Part shown: piece by piece, positions 13,166 to 27,938 of the stretch | How positions within the stretch are numbered: the first letter of the stretch is position 1 | How the letters are laid out: each line of letters starts with the position of its first letter | Origin: Chrysomallon squamiferum | Taxonomy: Eukaryota; Animalia; Mollusca | Direction: 5' to 3' | DNA: 64,000 bases | NCBI GenBank assembly: GCA_012295275.1 | Contig: CM022667.1 | Span: 372,001 to 436,000, forward strand | Position numbers and translations under genes: made by a program | The notes under the pieces: model-generated | Told to the model about the DNA's origin: nothing | Seen by the model: only the letters and a program-made list of their open reading frames with translations | Databases searched by the model: none

Positions 13166-14059
13166 CTTTCAAATCCAAAGAAGTTTAAACAGTCTGGGCT
13201 CAAATTCATGTTTTAACCTTATGACAGTTTTCTTCAATATTTATTAACAAATCCTTTTCTAGTCCCTCTTCTAAGATACAATGCTATGCAAAATAAAAGA
13301 ATAAATAAATAATAATAGTAAATTTATATTGAATGCTAGGTGTTTTTTTTTGTTGTTTTTTTAAAGTGGTAATGGCAATTGACCACCAACTAAAACGTTC
13401 TACCAAAAGCTGTTATATACCAACAGTATATACTACCATGTCGTCACAATGCAGAACAGTGGCATAATAACGAAAACCCAGCCAGCATATTTATGTAACC
13501 CAAAGGTCACTGACATTTGACACAGATGATGCCAGTTCTGGGACAGACCAGGGCTGCCTTTAGACCAGATACATGCGCTGCTAGCTGCGAAATAATATTT
13601 GATTTTAAAGAATTTAAAATAAATTCCATGTGATCATACACTGGAGGTGATGGTTGTTTATACAATGTTGTTTTTGTTTACCTGCCAACTGCGATCTGTA
13701 TTTTTGACACTATATGTTGCTTTAATACATAAATGTTGTCTTCCTCATGAGCATAATTATTTGAATTGTGAGTAGTACAGGTATTGTCTGTACATAGCAT
13801 TTAAATGAATAAAGCTGTGTATTTATTACTATCTTGTAAATCAAAATGTATAATTATTGAAATATAAATTAGCACAGAATGGCATGTATATAGATTTAAT
13901 AAGCAAACATTGTGTTAAATATTTCCCTTTTTAATAATAATAATAAATGGTATGAATATTCTGTCATTTTTATTTTTTTTTTTTTTATTACTTAACAAGC
14001 CCACTTAAACAGACACATAAACACAACTACTAATTCACTGAAGGAAAAAAGGCACACAC

Positions 14060-14101
<42 letters not shown>

Positions 14102-15689
14102 CAATTAAGAAAACAAAGCCATTAAAAAATGTTTAATTATATATTTATTAATACCAAGGATGCCACACAACCAATGAATCAAGCATGGCACATTTCAGAA
14201 TGTTGCAAGTCGAAAATATCAGATAAATATCATATTTATACAAAATAAAATGAATGGTAGAAGTCGAGAAAAGAAAATTGGATCACTTCCATAATATACA
14301 GATATACATTTGGCTAACACTATTCCTCACTACTATAAAAAATTTTTTTTTTTAAATTTGTCAACAAATATTCATGCTATGTACAGTTGGGGCTGTGTTT
14401 TGCAGTAATGTAACATTTAAAAATGTTTGAAGATTACAAACTCCGTGTCTTTTAAAAATAATAGATAAAAATAAATCATTAAAACAAATAGTAATAAGAA
14501 GAATTTAAAAATGAAGAAATCATTTAACACATTGTATCAAGCATGTTACTGGGTTTTTAAATCATACATTTCACCCAAAAGCAAAGGTTAAAAATTATTT
14601 TTATTATTTAAAGGACATTTCTTAGTAATTTTAATAAAATCAAACTGAAGTCATAGTGATTATATTAGACAGCAACAACTAGAAGTGTAACACATTTTAC
14701 ATTATTAACATCAGTCATATAATAATGCCTACTATCAGTATGTTAAGGTAATCATATTTATGTGTATCATTCAATTAAATAATTCATGTTTACATTATTT
14801 TCGAATGATTGTAGTAAGTTTACCTACTACTTTAACCATATTTATGCATTTTATATAAAATTATTTATACATGGATCAATATATTAAAATACTTATTGAA
14901 GTGTATTACAAAGTTAAATCATGATAATGTTAATGCTTCCTCCAGAGCTTGTCAATTTATTTTAATACTTTGTTATTAACAAAGATTGGTTAGGGAGAAA
15001 AACAGTAACAAAAATTTGGAAGCATGTAAAGTATTTTAGGTTGTTTGTTATTATTAAAAAGAAACACTGTAATACAGAGAAAATGATAAAAAAAAAGCTT
15101 ATTACTATGTATATTAATATTACCTTTTTAATATTGTTGGCTTATGTCAGTATTACACATTAGTACTATGTAACAATGTGTAATAAAGACTATAAAGAAT
15201 ATTAGTAAAGTCATCAATGAAGGGAGTTAATCTTCTTGTTTTCATCTTTTACAAAGTTTTATAAATTTAACCCATTGAAGATTTGAAAAAATTTCCTAAC
15301 ATACAAATGTCTCGCAAGCCTGGAATCACAGACACAAATAATTCAAGATTTTAAAAACAATATTTTATTTATTTATTTCTGAAATCATTAGCAAATGTGT
15401 TATTATTTATTTAATCATTATTTATTTTTATGACTAGATAAACTCATCATGTAATTGATGGTGGACTTTGATAAGCACATTCTGAGAATAAAGAATTTAT
15501 ATTGCTTTTTTTTTCTTTCTCTCTTTCTCTCTCTGACATCATTCACCATCTATTGCTTGATTATTCATATATTTATCTTATTCAAATTTATGCATCTGAA
15601 ATAATTAGCTGGTTATGTAAATATCTCTAAGCATTGCTTTTAATGCCTGTGATTCAAGATCTTTGGGACAAAAAATTTTCAGTTTTCAT

Positions 15690-15915
15690 AAAATTTAATA
15701 TATCTTATTACCATATTTAATAATATCTATATTTATTGAATAAAATGTAGCTATTTCATCAAATTCAATATTGCTTTCTAATCAAATTTAATGTATCTCT
15801 TTGTTAAATTAAATTTACATATATTATCATGATCTAATGTACCTGTATTATCAAATTTAATGTTGCATAATTACCAAATACCTGAATTGTAAAATTTAAT
15901 GCACCTGTTTTATCA
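15690..15915. repeat. Degenerate ~23-25 bp minisatellite (aaatttaatgtacctgtattatc-like)
   Basis: Recurrent aaatttaat...attatc/attacc units. Confidence 0.55.
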
Positions 15916-17658
15916 ACATGCAATTACTAATGTTACTGATATGTAATGCGTATGTACATGTGTATGATGGTTCAAGTATGTCTATCATGGATAAACGTGT
16001 GACTAAATCATTTATGGTGTTTGATTCGGTGAAGTGAAATGTTTGTGGTTGGGACTAGATGGGTGCAAGAAGCATTCTTCATTTTGTTCTCAATATTAAA
16101 CTAATCATTTATTTAATAACACACACACACCTATACATATTTAGTTGTTAACATTTTGAATTTTCAAAAGACTACGTGTTAAAAATAATAAAATGAATGA
16201 GAAAATAATGTTACAAGCATAATATAATGAAAAAAAAAAAAAAAAAAATTGTACATGCATGTATTTTGTATTTATGTTGGCATGTCATAAGGCAAGCAAA
16301 GTAAATAACAGAATGCTATGTCTGAAATTGTTTTAAACATAAAAAAAAAAAAAAATAAACTCTATTTTATTATCATATTTGCCATTTTTGTCAACATCAA
16401 AAGATCATTCAATGGTCCAGGAAATACTTCGCAAGTGAGACAGTGTTTTACTTTGTTCTAGGATTCGGTTAACATAAAGTGAACAAAAATTAAGGTATAA
16501 CAAATTTATTTATCATGTGCTACGATGTAATACAACAGAAAATTATAACATAAAGTGAATGGTTAAGTTGGAAGTAAAATAAATTAAAAACAGATTTTAA
16601 AAGTCAGCTTTAAAAACAAAGTACTAAAATGCTTTTGATCCTTTAAAATTAAGTTTCAGATAAAACATTCATTATCATAAAATATCAGAATTTTGAATTT
16701 CCTTTTATTTTTTTTTATTAAAGTTGTAATTTCATGTTTTTATTTATTTATTATAAAGTTCACATGATATTCTTCATTTCATAAAATCTATATCAAATCA
16801 TTACTGATTTTTTTTTTTTTATCTTATTTTTTTATTATTTTTTTTATATATATATATATAGATTATTGATTTGTTTTGTTTTTCTTCTCAAAACTTTCTA
16901 TAGACAGAAAATCTTTTAACTATGTTTATCTCATTCTCTAATTTTATTTTGCCAATATCAACATAATCCTTAATCAGAGATTTAAAATCAAGTAATGATA
17001 AAAAAAAAAAAAACAAAAACAACTAAAAATGAAAATTGTGAAAATTCAAAAATAAAATTATTTACAAATGTTGTTCACAAGCATTAAAAACTTAGAATAA
17101 GCATAATGAGCAAATGTTTCTTTGTTGAATACACTGAGAAATTAATTAATCTTTAATGACAAAATAACAACCAAAAATTTAAAAAGAAAAATAAAACAAC
17201 CAAAAATGATAAAAAGGAGACAACTTTGTATAGCTGTTTTCATCTACATTTGGACACAGACTCATAAAAAGGTTATTTTACAGCAATGGAAATATATTTA
17301 TTATTTATGTAAATACATCAACAGAATGTAATATTATATATATATATATATATGTAATTTTTGATGTCATAATGGATGACAGTTACAAACATGATGGTCA
17401 AATTCGTTCTAACAAAATAATTACACCAGACTTTTATGTTAAAGTTATTTTCAAAAAGAATAAAAGAAAATAAATAAAAATGGGGGAAAAAGATCTTAGT
17501 AACAAAAGAAAAAGAATTAAATCAGTTTCAAATGTTGAAAATTAGATGAAAATAATATTAACTGATTTAGTGAAATGAAATGTATATATAGATATAAAAT
17601 GTAAAATGTTGAAATTTGTTTAAGTACCAATATATAAGTATTATGCATATGTATGGAT

Positions 17659-17660
<2 letters not shown>

Positions 17661-17698
<38 letters not shown>

Positions 17699-17706
17699 GC
17701 GCGCGC
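17661..17706. repeat. (GT)n-(GC)n dinucleotide microsatellite; similar tracts at 1-31, 14062-14098, 27903-27938, 29033-29062, 43178-43213
   Basis: Read directly from the sequence. Confidence 0.9.
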
Positions 17707-18587
17707 ATGAGTTTTATGTTTTAACTTTCAGTTCTGAATATTTTATAAATTAAAGTTCTATACAGTTTTCAAATGAACAAATATATATGTTGATTTGGTT
17801 GTTTTTATTTAATTTTTAAACAATTTGTCATACATTTGTAATTTTTATTTATTTATTTATTTATTATTATTATTATTATTATTTTAAACAATTTTCAACC
17901 TTTTTAAATCTAAGCTATTATATTTCTTTTTTTCTTTCCCTTACCTTTTTGAGGTTTAGCATACCTTTTACTTATTTTTTAAAATTATTTTCTTATATCT
18001 TTAACTAATTTTGAATTTAAATATTTGTGAGGTGTAAACATAATTCAGGTGTTTCATAGTAAAATAGGTTAGGTGAATATCAAAATACACTATGGGAGTT
18101 TTAATGTAAACTTTTATATGGAGGTGTGAAATGATTGTACTTCACCAAATTACTTACATTCCAGACAGACTAAAGTATTAGCACCTTTACTGACATAAAA
18201 ACCTTTGTGTTTATTAAATGCATAATATATTTAGATTTTCTATCTTTTTTCTTTTATGACAATATAGAAGAAGGCCAAACTGATTAAAATGGTGCTTTTT
18301 TCTCTGTGTGTATGAATGTTTACATGGATTAAATGTTCGTGTGTGTGTGTACTTACGTATAAATGTAGGAAAATACGTAAGTATATGCCACTATTATTAT
18401 ACACAGAACAATATAAATAGTAAATTATTGTTACTTTCAGTAAATTATTGTTACTTATAAATGTTGATATAATTGTCAATGGTAATGTATTTGAGGAATG
18501 TATAATTTATTATAGACAAAAAAAAATAAAAATAAATAATGAAATAATGAAATAAAAAATAAAACAATTTAATAATCTGGCCATTTT

Positions 18588-18817
18588 ATGATTCACTATT
18601 TGTTTAACAGACTGAACAACTAATATCAGATGAGGTGAATATTATAACATTAATAAAAATAATAAAATAATAGTAATAAAATGTATTAAAACGTAATACA
18701 ATGATTCATTATTTGTTTAACAGACAGAAAAATTTTATATTAGATGAGGTGAATATTATAACATTAATAAAAAATAATAAATAATAGTAATAAAATGTAT
18801 TAAAATGTAATACAATG
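18588..18817. repeat. Tandem duplication, 2 x ~113 bp
   Basis: atgattca.tatttgtttaacagac...agatgaggtgaatattataacattaataaaaa...gtaatacaatg starts at 18588 and again at 18701. Confidence 0.9.
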
Positions 18818-19499
18818 TAAGCCTGATTATTCATAAAATATTACAGAAAACCTTTCAACAATGATGATTTTAAAATAGTATTGGACCACTTCTTGAACAT
18901 AAAATGTTAAAATTTGTAATAATATGTAATGAAAACTGACATACCAGATGTATTATAAATTTGTAAAAATAAATGTATTTTAACTACACACACTCAAACA
19001 ATCCAAGATATAGATGCATCCCAAATTCTTCAAATATATTGCATTTTATGAACATATTTTTTCACATAGTTTTGCAAAAAGAAATATAAATATGCATGGC
19101 AAAAAAAAAAAAAATAACCAATTCTGTGAAAACAAAAATGAACGCTGTCGACATTATAAAACACATTTTTTATATATATATATATATATATATACAGAGA
19201 TAAAATAGGAACAATAAAGAATTTTATGAAAATATTACTGTAAATATATGTATTTTGTTAAGCTGTATTTCTTTATTTGTGCAAGAAATACAGATAATAA
19301 TAGGCAGCATGATTTACAAAACGTTGCATAATTTATTTGAATAGAAAGCAAAGGACAGATCAGTGCAAGAGTTTTGTATTTGTGTTAAAGTATACACACG
19401 TTTTCACTGAACCGCAGAATAAAGGCACCACCGTCAAAAACAAAACATTAAATATATACTTGTCTTTTTCATTATTTGTTTGAAAAGAAATGTATTTAA

Positions 19500-19585
19500 A
19501 AAAAAATAAAAAAAAAAATAAATAAAAAATAAAAAATAAAAATAAAAATAAAAATAAAAAAAAATAAAAAACAAATAAATAATAA

Positions 19586-19675
<90 letters not shown>

Positions 19676-19676
19676 C

Positions 19677-19708
<32 letters not shown>

Positions 19709-19710
19709 AA
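19500..19710. repeat. (A)nT and long (AAT)n microsatellite
   Basis: Read directly; source of the poly-Y/poly-I pseudo-ORFs in the track. Confidence 0.95.
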
Positions 19711-21060
19711 TGAATCCTGAGCCTGACAAAACTGAGTAAAATATAATTACTTTGTGATAAAATTAAAAAACATTTTCTTAAAAACATCTGTTTTAAAAAG
19801 AATTATAATTTAAAACATACTTTTCACAACCAGTAAACGTTTTGTTACATCAATATTATATTATCTACAACAACATTATATTATTATTTCTTTATTTTTA
19901 TTACCCTTAATATAAATCAAATATAATTAAAACACAACAAATAATTATTACTGATTATCATATATTTAAATTTTTTTACACCTTTGTTTTGATTTACCTT
20001 TTGTTTATAATATCATTAAGTGCAACACAACCATTTGATTATAATTTTATTTACATTTTACAGAATATTTTAATTTTTTATTTACTCATTTAATAAATAT
20101 TTATAAAGGATAAATTAGACTGAAACAAATTATTCAATATTAAATTAACTTCTTTAAAAAAAATAATATTTAAAAAAGTAAATAAAAGGAATAGGCATAA
20201 AATACTAGCTAAAAATGAAACTGAGAGAATTTGAATCTTCACTTGATTATTTATTTCAAAGTCTGTTGTTGTTTAATAAAATAAAATAAAAATAAAAACC
20301 AGGAACAGGTACATAAATAAAATACACAAAATTGCCTTATAATAATTTTCACATCTGCTATACTGATTTTTATATCATTATTTAAAAGTGGAATAAAATT
20401 GTCATTAGAAAAATCATAGAAATATTGTCTTTAAAAAGGTGCAATTTTTAAGAGAATTAAATATTTCCAAATGTATATGAATAATTATTTCTTATAAAAG
20501 AATCATAATAATTGTTTTATATAGATAATAATAATAATAATAATAAATAATTTAAAAAACAAAAAAATAAAAATAATAGAGAAAGCAAATACACTAAAAA
20601 ATATTTTAATACATTTATTAAAAGAAATAAAATAAAATTTAAAAAATAAAAATAAATCCTTTGTTCTCAAACATAATAGGTATACATTAGTTTTAAAAAT
20701 GCCATGCACATATAAAATTTCAAATGATGAATATTTTGAAATAAAACTGAAAAATCCTGTTCATCCATCCATAAACTAAACTTAAAAAAAATAGTTTAAA
20801 ATCCTTGTCGTCACTATTTAAACATCTGCAACATTCACATCATCACAATTAACACAACAAATACGTTGATCTTCCAACATAAAATAAACAAAAATAACCC
20901 CATGAATAATGAACCTAATCCAAATATACAAATGATGAAAATGTTCATGTAAACTATAAAACTTTGGTTTAAAAATAAAAAATAAAAAATAAAAAAAATT
21001 AATAATAATAATAATAATGTGAAATAAAAAATAAAAACACAGTTTAAGATTTGTATTTGG

Positions 21061-22163
21061 TTATAATGTCACAACGGCACTGTCTTTGTCAGTTTTTTCA
21101 CCCTTCCCAGACTCGCTCTTAGCGAGGTGGTCCTGAATCTCGTCCTCGTCATCATGCTCGGCGACGGTGTCACTGTCAAACGACTTGGACGACCGATACG
21201 AAACGTTGGACGCAGACGACATCTGTGATTGTCTGCCGACGGAATCCCGTTCCGGTTTCAGAGTCAGTTTTTGATTCACTGGCTTCACAGTGATGATGAG
21301 GTTCGCGCTGTTAGCGACCATCATGTCAGTCACCTGGTCGAGGGTCTTCCCAGCAACCTCGATTCCGTTAACCTCAAGAACCTCGTCATTCACGGCAAGA
21401 AGTCCCGTGCTCTCTGCCAAACCTCCGGGAACCAACCTCGAGATGAAGATCCCTGGAATCTTTTCCAGCCCGTGCGGGGTGGGGCACACGCTGGTCCCGT
21501 CCCGAATGTAGAACCCCAGGGGTTTGTCCGATCCGTTTTTCATCAGCTTCACTCGCCTCTGCGTCTCCGGCACAACGTCGACGTCGATGATCGCAGACAC
21601 GCGTCTGAAGTCCTCGGGCATGCTGATGTGAATGCGAGGCTTCACTGGGGGCTCACTGCCTATCAGTTTGCTGATCGGGTTGCGCTTCTTGTATGGCAAA
21701 GTTCCGTAACCCATGACTTCGCCATAACTCTCTCCTGATTGAAAAAAAACAACAGGAATAATGTTAGATTATGTATGCTAAAGATGAATGCTAAAGATAT
21801 ATGTTTCAATAGAATCAAATATATATGTGTGTGTGGGATATCAAGAGAATTGCTAAAAAATATATCAGTAAAATTAAATATATGTGTGGGATATCACGTA
21901 TATTTGTATTAGGTTGTAGAATATAAAGTTTATATACAACAGGGAGTATGATATTAAATGTGTAGCTGCATATCTAATATAAACTTTATGGTAAAAATCA
22001 ATTATAAAACCGTCCAAAAATAGCACACATTAATTATAAAATTACATAATATCAAGACGGTGGAATGAATTATTATTTTTGTTGTCATTAATATAAGCCT
22101 CCCAATATGCAGGAAGTAATGCATTTCTTTATATTTTTTAATATTATTTTATTTTATTTGTAT

Positions 22164-22198
<35 letters not shown>

Positions 22199-24552
22199 TC
22201 ATTATTTTTCAGTGTATTTTTGTATCCAAAAGCCTACTGACATACTATTACTACTAATTATATTACTAATACTGTAAGGATATTTTAATTAGTACAAATC
22301 TAATTCTACATCAAGATCTCTTCCTTCTTGCTGCATGCTTGAAACTCAAATCTTTTCAAATTAAAAACCCATGTTATTGCGACTATCAAAACATTTTGCT
22401 TGTGACCACCACACATTGTTTGAAGTAACACATGGAGAGAGATGGAGGTTATTTAACACAAATATTAACCTCATAACAAGAAACTGAGAGAGAAATAACT
22501 GAGGTGTGTCAGGGGCAATCACTTTTTATCACACCAAACAGACCAGATGCAGGGTTCAGAGTTTATCAAAACACTCCAGTTCCAGACTATTCCTGTTTCC
22601 ACTGATATCAGGGAGAAGATGTCGAGTGTTTTGGGAGGGGGAAATGTCACAAAAGGGTGAAAATTCTGTTGTTAAAATAGGGTTAAGTTACTAGGATTCA
22701 TTCAATACATTCGCTGGTTAAGAGTAATCTGTGTTTTCTTGCACTGTTCAGGCATTTGTTAACAGAGTTAATGAACTGGCATGCTATTATAATTAGTTCA
22801 GAATGAAGGAATAAAATTAATTTAAATTTTGTTAAACATTGATAACCTAATTACATTCACTTTTTTCCCCACTTCTTAGACATAACTGTATATACATATA
22901 TATATATTCATTTCACAGATAATTTTTATTTTAATACAAATTACAAATATTTTTTCTTTCTTAAAGAAATGAAAATGAAAATTTCTATAATTTTTAAAAT
23001 TTAATATTTCTCAGCTAGTAATTAAAAGAAACCTATGCAATCAAACACGTTACACTCTATGAAATGATGTCATGACCAAAATTTCCCAAGGAATAAATGA
23101 CAACAGATATATCATAAAGTCCTACGTTATCCTCATACTTTATTATTAGCAAAGACTGGTTTCCTTAAAATACATATTAACTTGGAAGTATAAAAAAATA
23201 TATTTAAGTCATTCTTATCATAACATACTTTAACAGACAGGCTATGGATGATTCATTATACAGATAATACAAGTTCATTTTAATCATAGACTTTTTTCCT
23301 TTCCCTTTCCTTTAAATATTTCTAAAAAAAGAATATTGTTTTTGTTTTTTTAATTTAACAATAACAGCTTGTCCACATATTTGCTGTTATTTCATGAGTC
23401 ACTCAGTTGTAGATTTATTTTATGTTTACACATTATCTCTTGTATCAGGAAGCAGAAACACATTCAAGATTATTTAAATGACATGTTTATGTCAAACTTC
23501 CTCATTTCAAATATACACACAATAAAATGTAACGTATTATAAATCATGCAATATGATCAGAACATAAACCCACCTGTTTAAATATTATGCAAATTTTTTA
23601 TGTTACAAATATGCAAATTACACACTGGTCTTTCACTAGTCAAAAACCACTTACAAATAAATAAATTTGGCTATATTTAATCATGTTGCTAGACCTGTGA
23701 AATATTACAACTTTTTACATAATAAGTAAATACCTGTATATGTACTGTAATTAATTACACCTGCCAAATGATCAAAGAATAAAATTCTAAATTTTAATGT
23801 ATTTATTAAACCGACACATTTCAAAATTATTTAAGAAGAAGATTAAACCACTAAAAATCCAAACTAGTCAAGACGATCTTAAATATTTTATACTTTAAAT
23901 TAAAAAAACTTATTTATATGTCTCTCTGTATAACACTCATACACACACACAGACACACACAGACAGACACACACACACACACAGACTAAAGAAAACTATT
24001 AATACCAAACACAGCTATTGACAAAAATTTGTTCAGACTGAATAAATTGGATCACTGTGGTCTCCACTTTGACTGGATTTGTATGTTGCCATGACAACAG
24101 AAAGAGAATATCACAACTAAACCACTCCAGACATTTTTCCATTACCTCTAATGAGCATGTGTTAAAGAAAGAAAAAAATTAAAAATTAAATAATAATAAT
24201 AATTACTTTTGAGTGGAGAGAAAAAAATATATATAACAACTTTATGCAGATATACATGTTTCTGTATAATATGTCTGTATTTGTATATATATATATATAT
24301 ATAATATGCAAACACATATACACATATTCTTTAATTACCAACAGAGACAGAAGCTGTACATCCATGCATAACACATTGAATTCACACATCAGTTATGCAC
24401 AAATACATTAATTAGTCAAAACTCAAATACAATCAAGTTGAAAGCTTCTGAGCCTGGTGCAAAAAAAGGCAAAATAAAAAATAAAAAATAAAAATAATCT
24501 TTAAAGTAAATACACAAATATTCCACTCATACGGTAATCAGTAGCAGTGACA

Positions 24553-24584
<32 letters not shown>

Positions 24585-27500
24585 AAGAAATTTATGCTGT
24601 TATTGTTTTTAAATGTAAATAAAAAGGGAAAACAACTGTAAGGAGGATGATTAACCACAGAACAAATGTTTTCAATTCCTGAACAACTCCTGAGATACAA
24701 GTCTTGATTCTCTTTTATAAAAGAAAATTGAGAAATTCAAAAGCCATCAGACAGACAGATCCATGGGTTGATGGAATAAATAAATAAAAAAGAAATCTAT
24801 GGTAATAAATACTGAGGTGTGAGATATGTGACAAGAGACAGAAAATGTCTGATAAATCTATAGAAGTGTAGAATAAAGAATAAACTTATTTTAAATTAAT
24901 GTGCAACTTGTTTTCATATTCTACAATAGCTGAGCTACTCATTTCTTAATATCTGTGTCTCATGCAGTCTTTTCATAATTTGTGTCACCTCAGCCAACAT
25001 AATTTCCTATTCTAACCAGAATGATTATCAAACCATCATTTAATGATTAATATTTAAAAAATTTACCCAAGATTTCCAACTTATTTTATTAATCAAAAAA
25101 CAAAGCAGGCATTTTTTTTTTTTTTTTTCAATGAAGAATAATGGTTATTATCATCAAATATAAACATAAAAGTTCAGAAGCTAATAATGAAAAAAAAATA
25201 ATAATAATAATCAATGTGCTGCACAAGTCAGGTTGATCAAATAAAATAACCTCTAATGATTTACTGTAATGTCTGCTGAACGATTATTATGGGCAATCAT
25301 AGTGTGTATTTTCCTTTCCATAAAAAAGATCTTTAATTTATTTTAATAATGGAAAAATATGACGTGTTTTCTCTGAAAAATACCAGTCACAAATTCTGAA
25401 CATTTGACATCAAAAAGCTAATGATAAAAAAAAAAAAAACCCTGTTTTAATCAGTTTGTTGTTCATAGCATGGTGATTAAATACAATAATCTCTAATGAT
25501 TTTTGCCATGACAGATAAAAAATAATACTAATAAAAAATTAAAACATTAAAAAATTAAAAAATTAACTAGTGTTGTAGACATAGCAGGGCGATTAAATAA
25601 AATTATAATCTAATGATTTGCTGTAAATGATAAAATCTTGGGACAGAAAACCAGCAGTGTCTGTATAGACTAATGTTATTGATTATTTGATGTATTGTAT
25701 GTATTTGAAATTACCAAGGCCAGTCCAGACATATAGGAAAAACTAAGACAAAATGCAGACTTCTTTATAAATTAATAAAAATAATTTTGTATACAGTACA
25801 TAGAGACTTTGGGGACTGTCTAAAGCAGAAAATGGTGAGATATCTATGCAAGTTAATACTTGGAAATATGACTGGAAATAACAGAGACAGAGCAAGTTTT
25901 GGAATTGGAAATGGCCCAAACGAAAATTTGGTTATCATCTGTACAAAGAATTGTAACAACCCAACTGGGATTTTGATTAAGAATATTCATCCATCTGTTT
26001 GTGCCTCTGTTACATTGTTAGTCAAAGAACAAATATGAAAGAATCAGTTGAAGAAATACTTCAAACATTAGTTTTTAATAGTTATCAGATAATAAAAGAT
26101 ATGATTTTGTGTTTTCAGTATGAAAGTGGAAATCAATATATTTCACATATTAATGGAAACTCTTCATTATTTTGTTATTTGTATGCAAATACCTTCACCA
26201 AACACACCTTTTATATTTCTATAAAAACTAGATATTATGATTCAAATCTTTTTTCTAACCCTTGAACTCAATACCTGTTTATTAATCCAGTGAATTAAAC
26301 TAAACATAATGATAATTATAATTAAACCAGACGCTAAATCTATTCAACATAAAGAGAAAAAAATAAAATAAAATAAAGAAAAAAAAAATTAGTAGAAAAA
26401 AGAAAGAAAAGGAAAAACAATTAGCCATTATTTTTCATAACATCTGAAAAAATTCTGATTAACCCTTTGAACCAGAACAGTTAAGAATTTAACATAAAGA
26501 AATAACATCTATGCCCAAATGGTTAATATTTTTAACCTTCATGTATTGTTAACATGCTCCATGCTCATCAGATATTCAGTTAATTAGCTTGTACAGACAG
26601 TTACTGGAAATTTTGGCCATTTTGCCCTGGGAGCTCAAGGCAAGGGATACATATTAATGTGCAAGTTCAAAGTTCAAAGAGTTAAAAACATTAAAGTCAA
26701 ATAGTATTAAAAATAGCTGAACAAAGAAGGTACTGTTTTGGTTAATTAAAAATGTATATGAAGATAACAAATAAAAAAAAAAAAAAGCAAAGCAAAATTA
26801 ACATGTAACTTAAACATTTTGTATAACAAAAAAAAAAGAAATAATAATAAAATAAAATCTAATCATTAACATTTTTAATATGATTAACAAAAAAATAGTA
26901 CTTTATTTTTGAAATAAACTAAAAAAAATATATATACATATACATATATATTTATTTTTATTATTTATTGAAAAAAGAAGGACTTGCAAATAAATATTTA
27001 AATTTGAATGAGTAATAAATAATATGTAAATTATATGCTTTGATTTCTTGTACTAGGTGTATGGAAAAAACAAATTATAACCAATTAAAAATTAGCAGTG
27101 ATAAAAAAATTATTAATGTTAAAACCTTCTAAGGGGTTTTATAACCTTGTTAATAATTAGCAATGAAAAAGAACATGCTTACTTACACACACATACACAA
27201 ACACACACAGTTTCAAAATCTTTTCAGGTTTTGGCGAACTTAATTAACACCAACAATGAACAATCAAAATGCTATATTATTTTAATTAAAATATAGATGA
27301 TTTTTTTTTTTTTTAAATGTCTCCTCAAAACAGTTGCAAACATAAATAATTAGTTGCATGGACAAATTACATGCTGTTTTAAACATAATGTTTTAATAGC
27401 TTCTAAACTGAAGAAAACAATGTAACTGAAAATGCATGCTTAAACGAACATATGGCAGATTTCATTATTATTATTTTTTAATAAAAAACACTGATTATTA

Positions 27501-27868
27501 GAAGATGCATGATGATCACCTGAGAGAAGCATCTGCCAAACACTTTTAGCTGTAAAAATAAACAATTTAGATTATCAAATCAGGTTTGTCTTAAAACTAA
27601 CACAGTGTATTTTAATTATTATTACAGAATGTAACAGCGATTAAAACACTGTTTTACATTTAAAAACAGTTTTAGATCATAAGTAATGTTTGTTTCTTCT
27701 ATTTCTTTTTTTTTTTCTTTCTTCTATGTGTTACAATGTATTTCAATTAGCTAAATTACAGAAAGTAACAAAGTACTGGTTAAATTGTATAGAATATAAA
27801 TGTATTACTTTAAAATCCTTTGTTTTACAATTAAAGAGATTTTTGAAACATAACTTATATGGATGTTT

Positions 27869-27902
<34 letters not shown>

Positions 27903-27904
27903 GT

Positions 27905-27938
<34 letters not shown>

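Noticed and set aside
12600-13280. Penelope-like GIY-YIG/RT relic (GKTVRLFK and VYEAEI on the minus strand)
   Set aside because: Motif order is reversed relative to GIY-YIG and the frames are broken; kept only as an unclassified decayed sequence.
19434-19787. Poly-Tyr/poly-Ile ORFs, and similar ones at 29614, 31019-31746, 32081, 33171, 41119
   Set aside because: Translations of trinucleotide microsatellites and low-complexity DNA.
21229-21738. 169-aa plus-strand ORF antisense to par-6 exon 3
   Set aside because: Shadow of a GC-rich exon; non-ATG start and no recognisable motif.
25765-26265. Cluster of 64-88 aa ORFs inside par-6 intron 2
   Set aside because: No recognisable domain, no convincing splice framework and mostly non-ATG starts.
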